DNA of 63,719 nt, counting the filler, from Octopus bimaculoides (Eukaryota): the NCBI RefSeq assembly GCF_001194135.2. It is 4 parts of 4 records of this genome, joined end to end, with 100 filler letters (N's around TTAATTAATTAA, not from the genome) between each part and the next. Parts side by side here need not be neighbours in the genome. Positions count along the whole stretch, not along the records: positions 1 to 19,003 come from NC_068991.1; positions 19,104 to 38,657 come from NC_068990.1; 2 more parts are not named here. One strand, given 5' to 3'. Below, piece by piece: positions 12,496 through 25,169 of this stretch (position 1 is its first letter; the number at the start of each line of letters is the position of its first letter). The notes beneath the pieces were generated by a model. The model was given only the letters and a program-made list of their open reading frames with translations, did no database searches and was not told the DNA's origin. A program made the translations under genes and the position numbers.

Positions 12496-13979
12496 TAATA
12501 TACTCATGTCCATTTCTTTGTCTGTCTGTCTGTCTGTCTGTCTGTGTATCTGTCTGTCTGTCTGTCTGTCTGCCTGTCTGTCTACATGTATGTAAGTAGA
12601 TACGTACGTATGTATGTATGTACGAATGGATGGATTGATGGATGGATGGGAGCTTGTATGTATTTTTTTCAGACTTGCAAAAGGAGTCGTGCCTATGGTG
12701 AGATGTGAACTGGTGTTATTCAACAGATTTTTCGATTTGGGCAGCATAGTTTAACTCCAGACCATTCTAGAACACATTCTCTACCATCAACACACACTCA
12801 CCCACCACCAACAGCACCACCACCATCACCTACTCACCAAGTACCATTTATCAACCCACATACACATTCCTGAGGTTCGAGATTGTGAGATTGGTCATTA
12901 ACAAAAGACACGTCACATTTTATCACAGAATTAACAGTTGGTGGTTGTAAATGAAGGGGTTTTTAGCAAATATTTCAAGTGGAGAAATGTGTTTAGGACA
13001 GAGGCTAAAGTTTACAGTCATCTGATAAGGTGGAGGACAAGTGGAGGCGCAAAAGATGATGGTCCCGCTGTGTGTAGGGTGAGATAGTGAGTAATATATA
13101 NNNNNNNNNNNNNNNNNNNNNNNNNNNNNNNNNNNNNNNNNNNNNNNNNNNNNNNNNNNNNNNNNNNNNNNNNNNNNNNNNNNNNNNNNNNNNNNNNNNN
13201 NNNNNNNNNNNNNNNNNNNNNNNNNNNNNNNNNNNNNNNNNNNNNNNNNNNNNNNNNNNNNNNNNNNNNNNNNNNNNNNNNNNNNNNNNNNNNNNNNNNN
13301 NNNNNNNNNNNNNNNNNNNNNNNNNNNNNNNNNNNNNNNNNNNNNNNNNNNNNNNNNNNNNNNNNNNNNNNNNNNNNNNNNNNNNNNNNNNNNNNNNNNN
13401 NNNNNNNNNNNNNNNNNNNNNNNNNNNNNNNNNNNNNNNNNNNNNNNNNNNNNNNNNNNNNNNNNNNNNNNNNNNNNNNNNNNNNNNNNNNNNNNNNNNN
13501 NNNNNNNNNNNNNNNNNNNNNNNNNNNNNNNNNNNNNNNNNNNNNNNNNNNNNNNNNNNNNNNNNNNNNNNNNNNNNNNNNNNNNNNNNNNNNNNNNNNN
13601 NNNNNNNNNNNNNNNNNNNNNNNNNNNNNNNNNNNNNNNNNNNNNNNNNNNNNNNNNNNNNNNNNNNNNNNNNNNNNNNNNNNNNNNNNNNNNNNNNNNN
13701 NNNNNNNNNNNNNNNNNNNNNNNNNNNNNNNNNNNNNNNNNNNNNNNNNNNNNNNNNNNNNNNNNNNNNNNNNNNNNNNNNNNNNNNNNNNNNNNNNNNN
13801 NNNNNNNNNNNNNNNNNNNNNNNNNNNNNNNNNNNNNNNNNNNNNNNNNNNNNNNNNNNNNNNNNNNNNNNNNNNNNNNNNNNNNNNNNNNNNNNNNNNN
13901 NNNNNNNNNNNNNNNNNNNNNNNNNNNNNNNNNNNNNNNNNNNNNNNNNNNNNNNNNNNNNNNNNNNNNNNNNATATTA

Positions 13980-14186
13980 AATTAGAATTTGGCGCAAGGC
14001 TTGCAATTTCGGGTGTGGGTGGTAAGTCGATTACCTCGACCCCAGTACGTAACTAGTACTTAATTTATCGACTCCGAAAGGATGAAAGGCAAAATCGATC
14101 TCGGCGGAATTTGAACACAGAACGTAGCGGCAGATGAAATACCGCTAAGCACCCGACGTACTAACGTTTCTGCCAGCTCGCCTCCG
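13980..14186 (-). mobile_element. SINE family B, tail type 2
   Basis: Reverse-complement core CGAAAGGATGAAAGGCAAAATCGATCTCGGCGGAATTTGAAC and reverse-complement head CTGCCAGCTCGCC. Confidence 0.88.
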
Positions 14187-14535
14187 TAATATAAATATAT
14201 ATTGATATACAAAGCAATGGATACTGGGAACATGCCCCTATCATCCCTTACACCACTGTAACTTTTTCTTTATTCATAAATTCTTTTATTATTTTTCATG
14301 AATTAAACATAGGAAATTACGATACCCAAGCAAAATATGCAATTTTTTTTTTTTTGTTTCTAGTTCATAAAATTTCTTGGGATATACTAGACCGAAATAA
14401 TCATTCAAGGTTCTTTTACTTTCTTAGTTTCACTTTCTTACAATGTGAGTACCACTTAGAAGATTAAAATTATACTCTCTCACTCATTTGCGCTCTCAGT
14501 CACTCATTCACTACTCAGTCCAGAGATAGTTAATT

Positions 14536-14968
14536 TTTTATCTTTAAGTCGTTTCAGTCATTAGACTGCGGCTATGCTGGGGCACCACCTTGAAGAATTT
14601 GTAAACGAATGAATCGACTCCACTACTTATTTTTATTTTTTTTTAACCTGGTACTTATTTTATTGGTGTTTTTTGCTGAACGGCTAAGCTACGTAGAAGC
14701 AAACACACCAACACCGGTTCTCAGGTCGTAATGGGAAACAAACCCGAACACAAAGACACACACAGACAGACATACATACACACACACAAACACACACACA
14801 CATAAATATATACACGATGGGCTCCTTTCAGTTTCCGTTCACCAAATCTACCCACAAAACTTTGGTCGACTTATGGATATAGTAAAAGACAGTCGTCCGC
14901 AGTGCCACGCAGTGAGACTGAACCCAGAACCATATGGTTGGGAAGTAAGCTTTTACCACACAGCCATT
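14536..14968 (-). mobile_element. SINE family A, full length
   Basis: Reverse-complement tail, CA spacer and reverse-complement head all present. Confidence 0.88.
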
Positions 14969-15504
14969 TATTATCGGTTGTTTTACAGTCAAATGATTTA
15001 TGATGGTTCTAAATCATAACCGAATGAATTGAAATGCCGAACGATATTACAAGCGTAATGTGTTGTTAAGAAGCTCAGTTTGGTATCACGTGGTTTCGTG
15101 TCTAGTTGAGAAAATTCGCAATTTACCTTGACCTAAGTGGTGACTTGAAGTAAACCTTAAAGCAAACTTTCGTGTATTATCAATTTATATAAGTGACAAA
15201 ATATATCATACTTCACCACATTGTAATAACTATACACTTCACAAAAGCACAGCATAGATCTAAGTCGTTTCAGAATGAAAGCTACCATACCACATCAGAG
15301 TAACAAGCAATTTAAACGTTCACGTTGCACCTAAACACACCACACAATCCCCGAAAGCTTGTTAATAGCGAAAATTACAACATCGCAACGCACTACACCA
15401 AATCAGATTGCACGACAAAACCCTACAGCAACACCACGATACCGCACCATATTAAAATGGTACTCACTCGAGTCAGAGAAATATCTTGCTGAACAACTCT
15501 GCAA

Positions 15505-15984
15505 TATCTTTTATTCTTTTACTTATTTCAGTCATTTGACTTTCGGCCATGCTGGAGCACCGCCTTCAGTCGAACAAATTGACCCCAGGACTTATTCTTT
15601 GTAAGCCTAGTACTTATTCTATCAGTCTCTTTTGTCGAACTTTACGGGGAAACGTTACCCTAAATCACGGGGACATAAACACACCAAGATCGGTTGTCAA
15701 GCGATGGTGGAGGGACAAACAAACACACATACATATTGGGTTGGTGCATAATTATTGCGGCTTTTTTTCAACACTTTTTATTTAACAAAAACAATAATAA
15801 TATTTAACAAAAACATCTTTAAATAATGATCTGACCGTCTTCCAAGCAAATGGGAAGCAGTAATTGAAGTAGATGGTGAATATGCTCCGGAATAATCATT
15901 TAAAGATGTTTTTGTTACATGTTGTTATTGTTTTGTTTTTTAATAAAATTTGTTTAAAAAAAAAAGCCGCAATAATTATTCACC

Positions 15985-16021
<37 letters not shown>

Positions 16022-16145
16022 ACGGGCTTCTTTCAGTTTCCGTCTACCAAAAGTAGAAGACACTTACCCAATGTGTCACACATTGAGACTGAACCCGGAA
16101 CCATGTCGTTGAGAAGTAAACTTCTTACCACACAGTTACGCCACT
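15505..16145 (-). mobile_element. SINE family A, full length, interrupted by a mariner MITE
   Basis: Reverse-complement tail at 15505-15730 and reverse-complement head at 16020-16145. Confidence 0.88.
15736..15991 (+). mobile_element. Mariner-derived MITE (256 bp) with ~100-bp inverted arms and TA TSD
   Basis: TTGGGTTGGTGCATAATTATTGCGGC ... GCCGCAATAATTATTCACCAATCCAA, with TA on both sides. The interior encodes DRLPSKWEAVIEVDGEYAPE*, a mariner transposase C-terminus. Confidence 0.88.
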
Positions 16146-16282
16146 GAGCAACTTGCACACATGATTTGTTTATAGAGATCAAATACTTGTGCTGTACTGT
16201 AATATCCTTCATCAAATCGACGTTGCCTGCTCAGGTGCACGGCGTGCCACACCTCAGGAGTCTAAATAATCGCAGAACAACG

Positions 16283-16388
16283 TGAGATGAAGTGATTTGC
16301 TCAAGAACACAACGCACCACTCGGTCCGGGAATCGAAACCTCGATTTTGCTATTGCTAGTGCAACACTCTAACCACTAATCCACGCGT
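16283..16388 (-). mobile_element. SINE family C/E head, partial
   Basis: Reverse complement of GTGGATTAGTGGTTAGAGTG...GTTTCGATTCCCGG...TGTGTTCTTGAGCAA. Confidence 0.7.
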
Positions 16389-16566
16389 CACATTATAGCA
16401 CTGCATTTAGTCACAACATATTATCATTTCACACCCCTTAACACCAAACCTGTAGTCCAATGCATCACTCCAGCTCAATACAACAACGCGCCGTGCTCAC
16501 TATCAGAATCAAAGCTACAATACAACACATCAAGGCACCTCACCAAAAAGCCATAGCCTATTCAAT

Positions 16567-16831
16567 CAGTGGCGTAGCTACAGTGTGTGCCACCCGTGGA
16601 GTCCCGTCAGTTTGCCGAACCTGGGTTCCTACTAAAGCTACATATTGCAGAGTGACTATATCGACTGTTGCATTTTACGGTGAGTAGTGTCCGTGGTCCG
16701 ACATTAAAACCACTATTATTTGATTTCAATACAGCCTATATAGGCTTATAGCCTACAGCAGACCAAAACTGGTGTCGCTCCCATAAAAGTGCCGTCGGTG
16801 ACGGACCCCGCTCCATCCAGCTACGTTAGTG
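16567..16831. mobile_element. hAT (Tip100-like) MITE, 265 bp
   Basis: TIR CAGTGGCGTAGCT / AGCTACGTTAGTG. 8-bp TSD TATTCAAT (16559-16566) / TATTCAAC (16832-16839). Confidence 0.8.
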
Positions 16832-16849
16832 TATTCAACCATACTATAT

Positions 16850-17840
16850 AAGCACATCATATCCTATGACCTCTCACTAACACACCAACATCACACATCA
16901 CTACTACAACTACAACACATCTTAACAACGTCATAGCGCTCAACTACACAATACTACAATTACAACACCACCATTACATTACACCACAACACCTACTGCA
17001 ACCAAAGCTACAACATAACACTATACCATACCAAGGTACCACACCATGTACTACATAATGCCATACCACAACGCCATACCGAGCCACTCCAGCTACAACG
17101 AAAACCACAAAAACACACCGCCACTGAGCTGGCACTCAGTCGGTCACAACGACGAGTGTTCCAGTTCTTCCGATCAACGGAACAGCCTACTCGTGTAATT
17201 AACGTGCAAGTGGCTGAGTATATCATAGACACGCGTACCCCAAACGTAGTTCTCTGGGAGATACAGCGTGATGCAGAATGCCACAAGGTGGGCCCTTTGA
17301 GTTACAGGTACATCTCACTTTTGACAGCTGAGTGAGCTGGAATAATTTGAAATAAAGTATATTGCTTAAGCACACAACGCGCCGCCATGAATTGAACTAA
17401 CAACCTTACGATCGTGATCCGGATACTCTAACCACTAAGCCATTGCGCCATAAAACTACAATTATATTACCACCTTACAAACAGCACAATGGACCACAAC
17501 CAAAACTGCCACAGTACGCAACCAGCCCGGCACACCGTAGTACGGCATTAACTATACCACATCACACCACTTCTTCACAGTACCGAAACACATCACTACG
17601 TGACTATCTCCTCCCACCAGCCCCCCCTTCTAATGAAAGTCACCACAACACTTCTGAAAATACTACACCACGCCAATACTCACCCACATCACGACATCAT
17701 CGCACCACAACCAACACTACCACTGCCACAACTAGCTACAACCACCATCGCTACATCTAGCCACAACTAAAGCCAGCATACCTTTTCACGCCATGCCTCC
17801 CCGACCACCGGAGCCACCCCATACCTCCCCATCATTCCGT
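16850..17840. repeat. A/C-rich cryptic low-complexity DNA (ACACC/ACTAC-like) on both sides of a SINE
   Basis: Strong strand bias with degenerate short repeats. Confidence 0.7.
17130..17449 (-). mobile_element. SINE family C, full length
   Basis: Homologous over its full length to 36162-36482. Confidence 0.88.
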
Positions 17841-18045
17841 ACCATCACCTCTACTTCGCTCTTTTATTTACACGTTGTTAAATACTAAAGAACGACACGT
17901 CTTATTTCACACCTTGTTCAATCAAATAGCAACACTTCGACAATATTTTCACGTTTGCCTACCTTTACCTTTTTTATTTTCCTCTTCTTTCTTTCCTTCT
18001 TTCTTTCTTTCCTTCTTTGTTTCTTTCTTTGTTTCTTTGTTTCTT

Positions 18046-18095
<50 letters not shown>

Positions 18096-18199
18096 CCCTT
18101 CCTCATCCCCTCACAACCTTAAAGGTGTTTGATTCTCACCTCTTGTGTCTCTCATGAATCCCCGAAATCACCAACATCCTAGGCGCTATCGCCACCACC

Positions 18200-18512
18200 A
18201 TAAACGCCATCACCACCACCACCACCACCACCACAACCACCGCCGGCACCGGCGCCACATTCCCTCACCATCACCACCGCCCTACCAAAACAACCGCCGG
18301 CGCAACCACNNNNNNNNNNNNNNNNNNNNNNNNNNNNNNNNNNNNNNNNNNNNNNNNNNNNNNNNNNNNNNNNNNNNNNNNNNNNNNNNNNNNNNNNNNN
18401 NNNNNNNNNNNNNNNNNNNNNNNNNNNNNNNNNNNNNNNNNNNNNNNNNNNNNNNNNNNNNNNNNNNNNNNNNNNNNNNNNNNNNNNNNNNNNNNNNNNN
18501 NNNNNNNNNNNN

Positions 18513-18579
<67 letters not shown>

Positions 18580-18715
18580 CACTTTCAATACAGTAACCAT
18601 AAGAGCATCACAGCAAACCACAGCACATACCCAAGGCACACAGAGCTGCGCTCGGTAGTGAAGTGAAAGCACGTTATAAAAATAAAACTACTGAACAATA
18701 ATAATAATAATTAAA

Positions 18716-18769
<54 letters not shown>

Positions 18770-18812
18770 GTAATAATAATAATGATAATAATAATAATAG
18801 TAATAGTAATAG
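18200..18812. repeat. (CAC)n and (AAT)n trinucleotide repeats on either side of a gap
   Basis: Read directly. Confidence 0.95.
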
Positions 18813-18817
18813 TTATA

Positions 18818-18985
18818 GGCGCAGGAGTGACTGTGTGGTAAGTAACTTGCTTACCAACCACATGGTTCCGGGTTCATTCCCACTGCGTGGGACCTTGGGC
18901 ATGTGTCTTCCACTATAGCCTCGGGCCGACCAAAGCCTTCTGAGTGGATTTGGTAGACGGAAACTGAAAGAAGTCCGTCGTATAT
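18818..18985 (+). mobile_element. SINE family A, 5' half, well conserved
   Basis: GGCGCAGGAGTGACTGTGTGGTAAG...GGTTCATTCCC...GACCTTGGGCATGTGTCTT...GAAAGAAGTCCGTCG. Confidence 0.92.
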
Positions 18986-19003
18986 ATGTATATATACATG
19001 TAT

Positions 19004-19103
19004 NNNNNNNNNNNNNNNNNNNNNNNNNNNNNNNNNNNNNNNNNNNNTTAATTAATTAANNNNNNNNNNNNNNNNNNNNNNNNNNNNNNNNNNNNNNNNN
19101 NNN
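19004..19103. other. Synthetic scaffold spacer N44-TTAATTAATTAA-N44
   Basis: Exactly 44 N, then 19048-19059 TTAATTAATTAA (stops in all six frames), then 44 N. Identical at three loci. Confidence 0.95.
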
Positions 19104-19134
19104 ATATATATATATATATGTATGTATGTATGCA

Positions 19135-19179
<45 letters not shown>

Positions 19180-19726
19180 CACACTCACATACATATACAT
19201 TTAAATTTGTAATGTTTGGATTCGTAGAATCGTGTGACTATCACAGAAAGCTCTTCTAGCGGTCTCGGCTAACAGGCCACCTAGTAATCCAATGCCGAGA
19301 AATATAAGGCAGAATTCCATGCAGCCGAATTCCTGGAGATTCGATAGATGAAATTATTTCGCGCGGTGTATATAAAGCATAAGTAAGAAGTTATGAGAGA
19401 TAAATATATTTATTTAACTACATGACATCCTTAGGATTATGGCTGTTTAGCTGACTTCTTCGTGTAATAATAGTAAATTATGTTTACATGTCAGTATTAA
19501 TATCCTCGCTACGCATTGTACAATACAATTGTATATTCACAAATCAATGCGTATAATGGAAGCTAACGCAACATATCACCAGGACATTATGGTTATATTA
19601 ACGATTCATTTCTAGGCATACATACAAAACTTTCTCTTTATATTTACACAATGTACAGAAGACCAAATCTAGATAAAATTTGCATTGTATGGTCTGTAAC
19701 AGTAACGATATGTTGTTTTATATCAA

Positions 19727-19961
19727 TTAAGTTGTTAGATCTAAGTTCAAGGAATTAACCATCCTTAATATTAACAACAAACAGGAAGGGATAAAATAAT
19801 GAAGTAAAGAAGTTACAATAGAGATGAAAAGATAACGTATTCGAAGAATGATATAAAAGTATATATAAAATATATGTACTTTCTAAGATTAATATAGTAA
19901 AATTACACAATCGAACTCACACAGTTGTACCCATTCATTTACATATAAATCATATATATAT
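19727..19961 (+). repeat. 235-bp segment duplicated at 20837-21071
   Basis: Four mismatches by eye; offset 1110 bp. Confidence 0.92.
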
Positions 19962-19968
19962 GTTTGTT

Positions 19969-20043
<75 letters not shown>

Positions 20044-20280
20044 TTGTGTGCGTTTGTCTATGTTTGTTTCCCCGCCATCGCTTGGCAACAGATGCTGGTG
20101 CGTTTATATCTCCGTAAACTAGCAGTTCGGCGAAAGAGAGCGATAGAATAAGTACTAGGCTAACAAGGAATAAGCCCTGGGGTCAGTTTCTTCGACTAAT
20201 ACCATTTAAGGCGGTTCTCCAGCATGGCCACTGTCAAATGACGGAAATAAGTAAACGAAAATCAAGAAAAGAATAAAAGA
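19961..20280 (+). mobile_element. SINE family A, GT spacer plus 3' module
   Basis: CGCCATCGCTTGGCAAC...GATAGAATAAGTACTAGGC...CAGCATGGCCACTGTCAAATGACGGAAATAAG. Confidence 0.88.
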
Positions 20281-20570
20281 TTGCACATCGTAAGTATAAA
20301 CAGACGCACACATATAAATACATACAAAAACTCATAGGTACATATACACACATATATATGCGTATAGATACACATATGTATATACACAGGCACACATGAA
20401 CATGAGAGTATATATATATATACACACCTATAAACATAGTAAATCCCCATGGCAATACATACCCATACAAGCACATTCAATTGCAGACACACATACACAC
20501 GCGCATACAAACAAGCATACGCACATATATAATACATACATACATACATACATACATACATACATACATA

Positions 20571-21348
20571 AAACCTCAATAAAGTGCAGACATAATAGAC
20601 CGGATATAGTAATCTGGGACAGAGAAGAGAAACTCTGTATAGTAGTAGAAATCAGCTGTCCTGCAGATGTCAACATCCCACTAAAGATTAGAGAAAAAGA
20701 GAACAACTACGCCGAGCTACTGAGAAATTTACAGATACTCCACCCAGACTACAAGTTCAGATTCATACCCGTGATTGTTGGGGCATTGGGATGTGTAACG
20801 AACTGCCTCAACAAAAACCTGGAAAAATTAGGGTTGTTAAGTTGTTAGATCTAAGTTCAAGGAATTAACCATCCTTAATATTAACAACAAACAGGAAGGG
20901 ATAAAATAATGAAGTAAAGAAGTTACAATAGAGATGAAAAAATAAAGTATTCGAAAAATGATATAAAAGTATATATAAAATATATGTACTTTCTAAGATT
21001 AATATAGTAAAATTACACAATCGAACTCACACAGTTGTACCCATTCATTTACATATAAATCATATACATATTAGAAGACTACAGATTCAAGCCATCAATG
21101 GAACTGTAAAGATATGTAAAACTTTCAAAAAGTTTAGCACATAAATACATATGCATGCATCTAAAACGCATCCATAAAACAAACATACAAATCTGCGCAT
21201 ACACTAACACCAAATACTGCATACACACACGTATGCACAAATACCTAGATGATGTTGATAAAAGTTCCAATGAAGGAGCCTTGAATCTATGTTAGAGTCC
21301 GGCTCTTTCTCTATGGACAAGAAATACAGAAATGAAACTGATTGATAA
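20571..21348 (+). mobile_element. R4/Dong-like RLE LINE, 5'-truncated, intact 3' end, interrupted by a 235-bp insertion
   Basis: KTSIKCRHNRPDIVIWDREEKLCIVVEISCPADVNI...IPVIVGALG (PD-D/E restriction-like endonuclease), resuming after the insertion as RRLQIQAINGTVKICKTFKKFST*. Then a 3' UTR and (CATA)n. Confidence 0.85.
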
Positions 21349-21384
21349 CATACATACATACATACATGCATGCATAGTGCTCAC

Positions 21385-21668
21385 TATCATGAGATAGTGA
21401 CTTCGATTCCCGGACTGGGTAGTGTTCTTGAGCAAGACACTTTATTTCAGGTTGCTCAAGTTCACTCAGCTAAGGAAATGAAATGTGACGTCACTATATT
21501 GGCCTTTGCCTTAGCCTTGGAAAACATCGGTTGCGTGGAGAGGGAAGTTTGCTATGCATAGGCGACTGCAGATCTTCCTTAAACAAACTTGCCCGGACTT
21601 GTGACTAGGATGGGAAGTTTCTAGGTGCAATTCCATGGTCATTCATGACCGAAGGGGTCTTTACCCTT
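21385..21668 (+). mobile_element. SINE family E (C-type head, different body and tail)
   Basis: TTCGATTCCCGGA...GTGTTCTTGAGCAAGACACTTTATTTC...CCATGGTCATTCATGACCGAAGGGGTC; homologous to 61088-61370. Confidence 0.8.
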
Positions 21669-21671
21669 TAT

Positions 21672-21715
<44 letters not shown>

Positions 21716-22169
21716 NNNNNNNNNNNNNNNNNNNNNNNNNNNNNNNNNNNNNNNNNNNNNNNNNNNNNNNNNNNNNNNNNNNNNNNNNNNNNNNNNNNNN
21801 NNNNNNNNNNNNNNNNNNNNNNNNNNNNNNNNNNNNNNNNNNNNNNNNNNNNNNNNNNNNNNNNNNNNNNNNNNNNNNNNNNNNNNNNNNNNNNNNNNNN
21901 NNNNNNNNNNNNNNNNNNNNNNNNNNNNNNNNNNNNNNNNNNNNNNNNNNNNNNNNNNNNNNNNNNNNNNNNNNNNNNNNNNNNNNNNNNNNNNNNNNNN
22001 NNNNNNNNNNNNNNNNNNNNNNNNNNNNNNNNNNNNNNNNNNNNNNNNNNNNNNNNNNNNNNNNNNNNNNNNNNNNNNNNNNNNNNNNNNNNNNNNNNNN
22101 NNNNNNNNNNNNNNNNNNNNNNNNNNNNNNNNNNNNNNNNNNNNNNNNNNNNNNNNNNNNNNNNNNNNN

Positions 22170-22230
<61 letters not shown>

Positions 22231-22399
22231 ATACAGAAAATTAATATAGACAGCAGTAGGACATGTTTTACCAAAAAGGAAACTGTAATTGTCAAGCAAA
22301 TAGGACTAGGGTGTTAAAAATACCCACATTGCTAGAAATAAGAGCTAAAACGCTCTAATGCTGTAATCGATGCACATAATTGTGTGCATATATATTGAC

Positions 22400-22825
22400 A
22401 GAAACTTTAATCACCCGAAAACGCCGATCGAGAATTCCCTATATTGACTGGTCTCTTTCGGCAATTTCCGCTGCCTCATTAGTAAGGACTGCTCGAATTC
22501 GGCTGATTCCGGACTGTATACAATTATGTGCTTTGACTACAGTGTATAAGAGCATGTTGCCTTTTTTACGTTGCAATATTGGTGATATTTTGCCTGTCCT
22601 CTATTCTCAGTCGACTTCCTGCCGGTTTATTCGTTATCGTTATAAAGGTATTCAACTTTCACTTCGAAGTTTCTGTTAGCATAATTTCTAGTATTCTATC
22701 GAGATCTTGGTCCATTTAATGCTATTCCTTAGTTTTATTCTATATTCGTTCTCTGATTTTGTGGACATGGCTCTCTGCAGTAGTATTTGGTGTGTCCTGC
22801 TGAGGGCTTCATGTGACACAAATAT
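22400..22825 (-). mobile_element. Probable BEL/Pao LTR-retrotransposon pol relic (RNase H to integrase linker)
   Basis: Minus-strand fragments KLNTFI...GSRL and SPILQRKK...VVKAHNCIQSGISRIRAVL resemble the Pao KLNPFID..GGRL and PILLP...AH...G motifs. Many stops. Confidence 0.4.
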
Positions 22826-23608
22826 ATATACACCTTCCTAGGAACAATGATTTAAATAACTAGAAAATCAACCAATTATTTTTTATTATATAATATCATA
22901 CATAGATTTCAGTAATACCTTAGTTAGTGATAATTAAGCATTAGTAATGAAAGAATCATCAAAAGAATTACAAATTCAATACACGAATAATAAATCTTAT
23001 TGTAAAATACTCCACACCCAAGTATTTAAAGTGTCTATTGTAGCAAATAGAAGCACGGAAATAGTAACGGACAGTAGAGAAGAATAGAAACTTAAAGTTT
23101 ACATTCAGTATACATCAGTAAAGATGTACAAAGCATCGCAGGAAACTGTCAGTAACAAAACCATATTGTCACTGTCAAACATTGAAATCTGTGAATTCAT
23201 GGTTATGTATAAACATCTGAATACGGTCGAGGAAGAGATAGTAAGAGGTATAAAACAACATAGATATGCAATTATATTTCAAATCTAAGATATGTAGTAT
23301 TAAAATGCAACATCGATTTCAAGCAGTATAAAAGTCGCTTAGACTAGATAACAGATATAAATACGTGCCAATATGAATATACGTATATAATATACGTGAT
23401 CAAACACATAACCACATATACACATATCCATCCATTCATCCAACCATGCAGATATACGTGGATAATACATACATGCCTACATACATACATGCCTACATAC
23501 ATACATACGTACATACATACATACATACATACGTACATACATACATACATACATACGTACATACATACATACATACATACGTACATACATACATACATAC
23601 ATACATAC

Positions 23609-23955
23609 CTATACATGACGTTGTAGCTAGGACACTTTATAATGAATTCCGTCGAAAGGATAATCCCGAGGACAAAGAAATAAAAGCCGACAATATGGTA
23701 GATGCCATTGCCACTCATAGGAATACTGGTGGAATGTACAAGTGAAGACCTCAATAAAATATAAGCACAACAGACCTGGTATAATGATTTGGGATAGAGA
23801 AGAGAAACTGTGCACAGTTGGGGAAATTAGCTGCCCAGTGGATGTTAACATAAAGCTGAAGATCCGCGAAAATGAGAACACCTATGCTGAATTATTGAGA
23901 AATCTACAGTTACTCTATCCAGATAACAAGTTCAGGTTTATACTTGTAATTATGG
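23609..23955 (+). mobile_element. R4/Dong-like RLE LINE fragment (RHD motif to endonuclease)
   Basis: PIHDVVARTLYNEFRRKDNPE...(frameshift)YWWNVQVKTSIKYKHNRPGIMIWDREEKLCTVGEISCPVDVNI. Begins directly after a ~145-bp (CATA)n array. Confidence 0.85.
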
Positions 23956-23961
23956 TATTAC

Positions 23962-24102
23962 CTCAGTATGAGTTCAAATTCCGCCGAGAACGACTTTTCC
24001 TTTCATTATTTCGAAATCGATAAAATAAGTACCAGTTGAAATCTGAGGTCGTTGTAACTTCCTTAACTTTCTGGCCCTGTATCAAAATTTGAAACTAATA
24101 TT
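23962..24102 (+). mobile_element. SINE family B, partial, third tail type
   Basis: GAGTTCAAATTCCGCCGAGAACGACTTTTCCTTTCAT...TCGATAAAATAAGTACCAG, then GGCCCTGTATCAAAATTTGAAACTAATATTA. Confidence 0.75.
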
Positions 24103-25169
24103 ATCAGCTAAATTCGGAGCAACATTCAATGATATTTTAACAGTAGAGGTAGGAAATATTTGACGATGCATTTATGTTTTGTGCAGGAATCTTTTTCTTA
24201 GATATTAAAATGAAGTTTGTGGTATGTGCGTCCAAATTTGCAATGAAAATGGGGTATAATACGAGGTTATGTATCTCTTCCTAATTTCCGCAGTATAAGT
24301 TTTATATTTTTTGCTTAATGTATTACCGTACGCGTGATTAGAATTTTTTATAGCTTTTGTAATGGATTTTATTGATATTTCTAAGTTTAAAAGAGTTATA
24401 ATTCCTATGTATATGTTTGATATTATCACGTCTAGTTCCAATATTTTTACTATATTTTTTCAATATTGTTACTATAATATTTATTTATGATAAAATTTAT
24501 ACGTCCAATTATGGTAATTTTAGCAGTAGTATCAATAAGTATGGACGTGTTATTACACTTACCTTAATGCTAGCATATTTAACAGTAATTTTATGAATAT
24601 ACTAATTTTAAGGTTATTTCTTTATTATATATTCATATGATTATATGTTCCTGCGATTATATGTACTTCTTTGTATTCGTATTATTGCATGCTTGTGGCT
24701 AATCGCATCTATATAGTGTTAGTTACACAATTCATGTCTTCTATGCAATCTCTCCTTCTACAGTCGATGTATTGTCCTGAAACATTTTCTCATTAGAAGA
24801 TATTTTGGAAATTCCAGTAGATTTCAGGGTGCTGTGTGTGTTCTGTGTTATGTGTATGATTTTAATGTGTTGTTTTAATGCATTCTTAACAAAATTATTA
24901 ATCTGCATGAATTACAAGACAGTGGTGAATGAAATTTTGTAAATAAAATTATAAACCTTCACAGTATTCTAACTATAGAAAATAGTCTAATATTAAGGCT
25001 TATTAACTCGCGTAACGGAAAAATTGGACAACATTCTTATTTTCGTGATAAGAGTGTTGACAAATTACACCGACATAGACATCCTTTTTCCGTAAAATTT
25101 TTCGTAACTGTCAATTCATAGCGTTAAATATGTAAACATGTGCGAATTCTTAATCAATTAGGAGACGGT

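Noticed and set aside
19048-19059. TTAATTAATTAA as a homeodomain or piggyBac site
   Set aside because: Embedded symmetrically in 44-N blocks three times; synthetic.
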